Source: Candidatus Latescibacterota bacterium (GTDB lineage Bacteria; Latescibacterota; UBA2968; GCA-2709665). From it: 64,000 nt of DNA. Below are positions 61,469 to 64,000 of the stretch, in pieces (within the stretch, counting starts at the first letter, position 1; each line of letters starts with the position of its first letter). The translations under genes were made by a program, and so were the position numbers. The notes under the pieces are model-generated. The model made no database searches, had not been told where the DNA came from, and was given only the letters and a program-made list of their open reading frames with translations. The stretch is from NCBI GenBank assembly GCA_965226795.1, contig CBDDDZ010000004.1, positions 736,001 to 800,000 on the forward strand, in the 5' to 3' direction.

Positions 61469-61493
61469 GTAGGGGCAACCCTTGTGGTTGCCC
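61469..61493. repeat. GTAG-class REP palindrome
   Basis: GTAG-GGGCAACC-CTTGT-GGTTGCCC. Confidence 0.7.
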
Positions 61494-61891
61494 GCGTTTC
61501 CAGGGTGGTAACACGGTGCCACAAATTTTCTTGTGGTGCCATAAGAATTCTTATGGTCATTACTGTGGCCCGGAGGTTCCAAAATGCATTCGAAAAGTCA
61601 CAGTCGAACTGCCGAGAATGCTCCGCGAGTCGCGTAATCCGGGTCGTCTTGCCAGCGTGTGTCGCCCAGGTTGTGACCTGAATGAGGCGACGGGCCTAAG
61701 GCAAACGGCGCGGCAGTTCCGTGGCATTTGGACGCAAATTCAACGAATTACTCAACGCAATGAGTAAAAATACTCATTGTATTGAGCAAATTGTCGTGAT
61801 GCTTTCGGTGCGCCACGTACACCTGATGGACCGGATTGAAGGTTGTCGAACGTCCTGACGGTGTTTGCGAAGGTGGTCGCAGCCATTATCT

Positions 61892-62872
61892 CTATGGTGC
61901 AGGTTCCAAATTTCGGATTCTCTCCGCGAAGACGCGACGCAAACTCTCGAGTTGCTCCAGAAGCCAAGTGTACTGCTCATTGCGGGCATCCGGATCGTAA
62001 AGGTCCACGTCTTTCCGAGAGTAGATTCTGCAGGCATTGGCATCCTCGGGATTGTACCAGTTCAACTCTCCGCCCATCTCACGTTCGATCTCGGACTGTT
62101 GGGACTGAAGAAAGTCGTGAAATCTGCCCGAGAGTTCTCCCCGGTTGATGCTTAGTTCTGCCCTTAGTTCCTGACCTTTCCACCCCCTGGTCTCGGAATG
62201 CGTCGAGGCTACCGCGGAGAGGAGGAAGCCCGTACGCCCCAAGCCCCCGGCGGCCATACTGGATTTCGCTTTGGGACTCGCAGTAAGTTTGACCTGCTGT
62301 CCATGCCGCGAAACGTGGTCATCGAATCCATTCCAGAATGCAAGCTGAACTCTCTGCGTCTCCGTCAAACTGGCGACAGTTGATCTCCCTCCCCTCGTCC
62401 AGTTGTTCGGTTTGGCCACGATATTGAATTTCGGCGCGAACGCGGACTCACCGATTCGCCAGACCTCAATTTCCAACGCAAAGAACTGAGTCCCCTCGGC
62501 CGAGTTCTCGTTCAGCCAGTCTACAGCCGCTCGGTGTTGGTCGGTAAAGGCTTTCGCGACCCAAACCACGGTTGACGCCTTGAAATGCGCCGCATACGTC
62601 AGAAGCTTCCCCAGGTGGTCGTGGTCCGTTTCCTCAAGCTGGTTTTCGATAACGACGTAACTATCGTCGTCGATATCTCTACACAATATGTCCGCGGAGT
62701 ATGGACCAACGGCTTCCTCGCGCGCCTGAAACTCTATCTGCATACCGAGTGTATCACCGAGATCGTCGAGGATTTTCTGCATCGCCAACCATGGCGTAAA
62801 ATCGTCAGCTTCGTTCCGCCATACTTCACGAAGGTCAACTCGCTCCAGTCTTCCCAGGTTTTCCGGTATCAT
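61892..62872 (-). CDS. PD-(D/E)XK-like nuclease with a C-terminal DUF4268-type domain
   Basis: LREVWRNEA.DFTPWL, ADILC...VIENQL...DHDHLGKLLTY, followed by the QLAFW domain. Confidence 0.78.
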   Translation of the reverse strand: MIPENLGRLERVDLREVWRNEADDFTPWLAMQKILDDLGDTLGMQIEFQAREEAVGPYSADILCRDIDDDSYVVIENQLEETDHDHLGKLLTYAAHFKASTVVWVAKAFTDQHRAAVDWLNENSAEGTQFFALEIEVWRIGESAFAPKFNIVAKPNNWTRGGRSTVASLTETQRVQLAFWNGFDDHVSRHGQQVKLTASPKAKSSMAAGGLGRTGFLLSAVASTHSETRGWKGQELRAELSINRGELSGRFHDFLQSQQSEIEREMGGELNWYNPEDANACRIYSRKDVDLYDPDARNEQYTWLLEQLESLRRVFAERIRNLEPAP

Positions 62873-63020
62873 TAAAATAGCTCCTTCGTTCAGTGGTCAG
62901 ACGCCGAGATCAATAAAGATTCCGCATTGGGGCGAGATCGCAAACCAAAGGGGCCTGCAATCGCACCGACCAGGCGATCATCCAACCGATGCTCACAAAT
63001 CTCCAATTGCAGCCTAGACA

Positions 63021-63260
63021 TCAAAGGAGATCAGAGTATGACGCCTCTGTCCCGAATTTCTCCAAATACCAGCGTTCCGGTTCGGGACCGCATTCCTCCC
63101 CGTGGACTGCCGCCAACTTGCGAATCAAATCCAGAATAATCTCCCAGCCCGTGGGAATCTTCGCGGTTCGCGATACGCCTGATCCCACAAGAACGGCATA
63201 CACGCCAGGATTCGCCTGAATCGAGAACGCCAGAGAATGGACGGGGTCGATTGACCTCAT
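63021..63260 (-). pseudogene. N-terminal fragment of a SIR2-like protein
   Basis: YAVLVGSGVSRTAKIPTGWEI SIR2 N-terminal motif. Stops after 79 aa with no continuation. Confidence 0.75.
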
Positions 63261-64000
63261 TCTCCCTCTTCCTGCATATCCTCTTGCGGAATGACGGCAA
63301 CAACGCGCGGATTCAACAAGCGCCGCCGTTGACCAATGCGGTCAAGGTCGCCGGCCATAATGACCGGTGCCTTTTGTTGATGAGCTTCAATGGCTCTCTC
63401 GTAATCGGACTGAGTAAGGGCGGCTACAACTGACTGAATTTGCCCGTCAACGTATACTCGCAAAGTGATTGTTCCGTACGTCTCCTCATGGCGCCCCTTG
63501 AGCCTTTGTATATAGCCGAATAGTAGCACATCCGGTTTGGGTCCGCGATCACGGAACAGCCGCGCGGCCGCGCGGAGGATCGGGGCATCACCCTTGCCAA
63601 AATGAACGACCTCCCGCGGCGTATTCATCGGTCGGGTGCGGGCCCAGGTCAAACTGACGTCCAGTGCTTCGAAGGGCTCGATCAACTTCACGAGCGCTTC
63701 GCACAGATTGGCGCTTACACCGTTGTCCACGGCCTGCAAGAAAGCGTCGACTTTTCCTCCCATTGTTTGTTCCGTTGCATTACGGGCGGCTCGCAGCGCG
63801 GAAACCAGACGCCTTGTCATCTTGCGCTCAATCGGGTCTTCGTTATGCTCCGAATCCTGAATGAAGGACTGTTGTATGGGTGGCGACACGACAGGGGTCA
63901 GCAGGGTTACAACAAGGCTTTCTTGCTCGGATTGCCCCATTCGTAACTTGCGGACAAAGTTCATAGCCTCCTTGCCAGCGGCAGCGCTATAGACCGACCG
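63257..64000 (-). CDS. Hypothetical protein (5' end outside window) with a possible C-terminal OB-like domain
   Basis: Frame is open to the window edge. GVSANLCEAL, beta-rich C-terminus and ATGA coupling to the SIR2 fragment. Confidence 0.7.
   Translation of the reverse strand, partial: RSVYSAAAGKEAMNFVRKLRMGQSEQESLVVTLLTPVVSPPIQQSFIQDSEHNEDPIERKMTRRLVSALRAARNATEQTMGGKVDAFLQAVDNGVSANLCEALVKLIEPFEALDVSLTWARTRPMNTPREVVHFGKGDAPILRAAARLFRDRGPKPDVLLFGYIQRLKGRHEETYGTITLRVYVDGQIQSVVAALTQSDYERAIEAHQQKAPVIMAGDLDRIGQRRRLLNPRVVAVIPQEDMQEEGE

Overview
A GC-rich chromosomal window from a diderm bacterium (LolA-like carrier and outer-membrane beta-barrels are present). The gene style is compatible with an uncultured FCB-group lineage such as Latescibacterota, but that is inference only. 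Most of the window is housekeeping or metabolic: smc 3' part, modBC, epmA, pepA, sulfatase, pyrE, an mgtE cluster, TauE, an AgcS symporter, UPF0182, a beta-oxidation operon, an RNA methyltransferase, nicotinamidase, msrAB and a SplB-like radical SAM gene. Three accessory regions stand out. (1) 1.3-12 kb holds a co-oriented GntR(YtrA)-ABC locus with a permease-LVIVD fusion, an S41 peptidase and two paralogous exported TlpA thioredoxins, each carrying five copies of an unrecognised ~31-aa repeat. (2) 12-15.2 kb is an AT-richer island with an MjaI-family type II R-M pair and a UDG-like pseudogene. (3) 61.9-64 kb is a decayed defence-like cluster (DUF4268 nuclease, truncated SIR2, hypothetical protein). 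The most novel non-coding signal is a ~160-220 nt intergenic element in three divergent copies whose stems show compensatory base changes. Several REP classes, a YtrA-type operator and a GAAC-N4-GTTC SOS-like box in a probably leaderless promoter are also visible. I recognised no rRNA, tRNA, CRISPR array or intact transposase. All calls come from reading motifs by eye; no searches were run.
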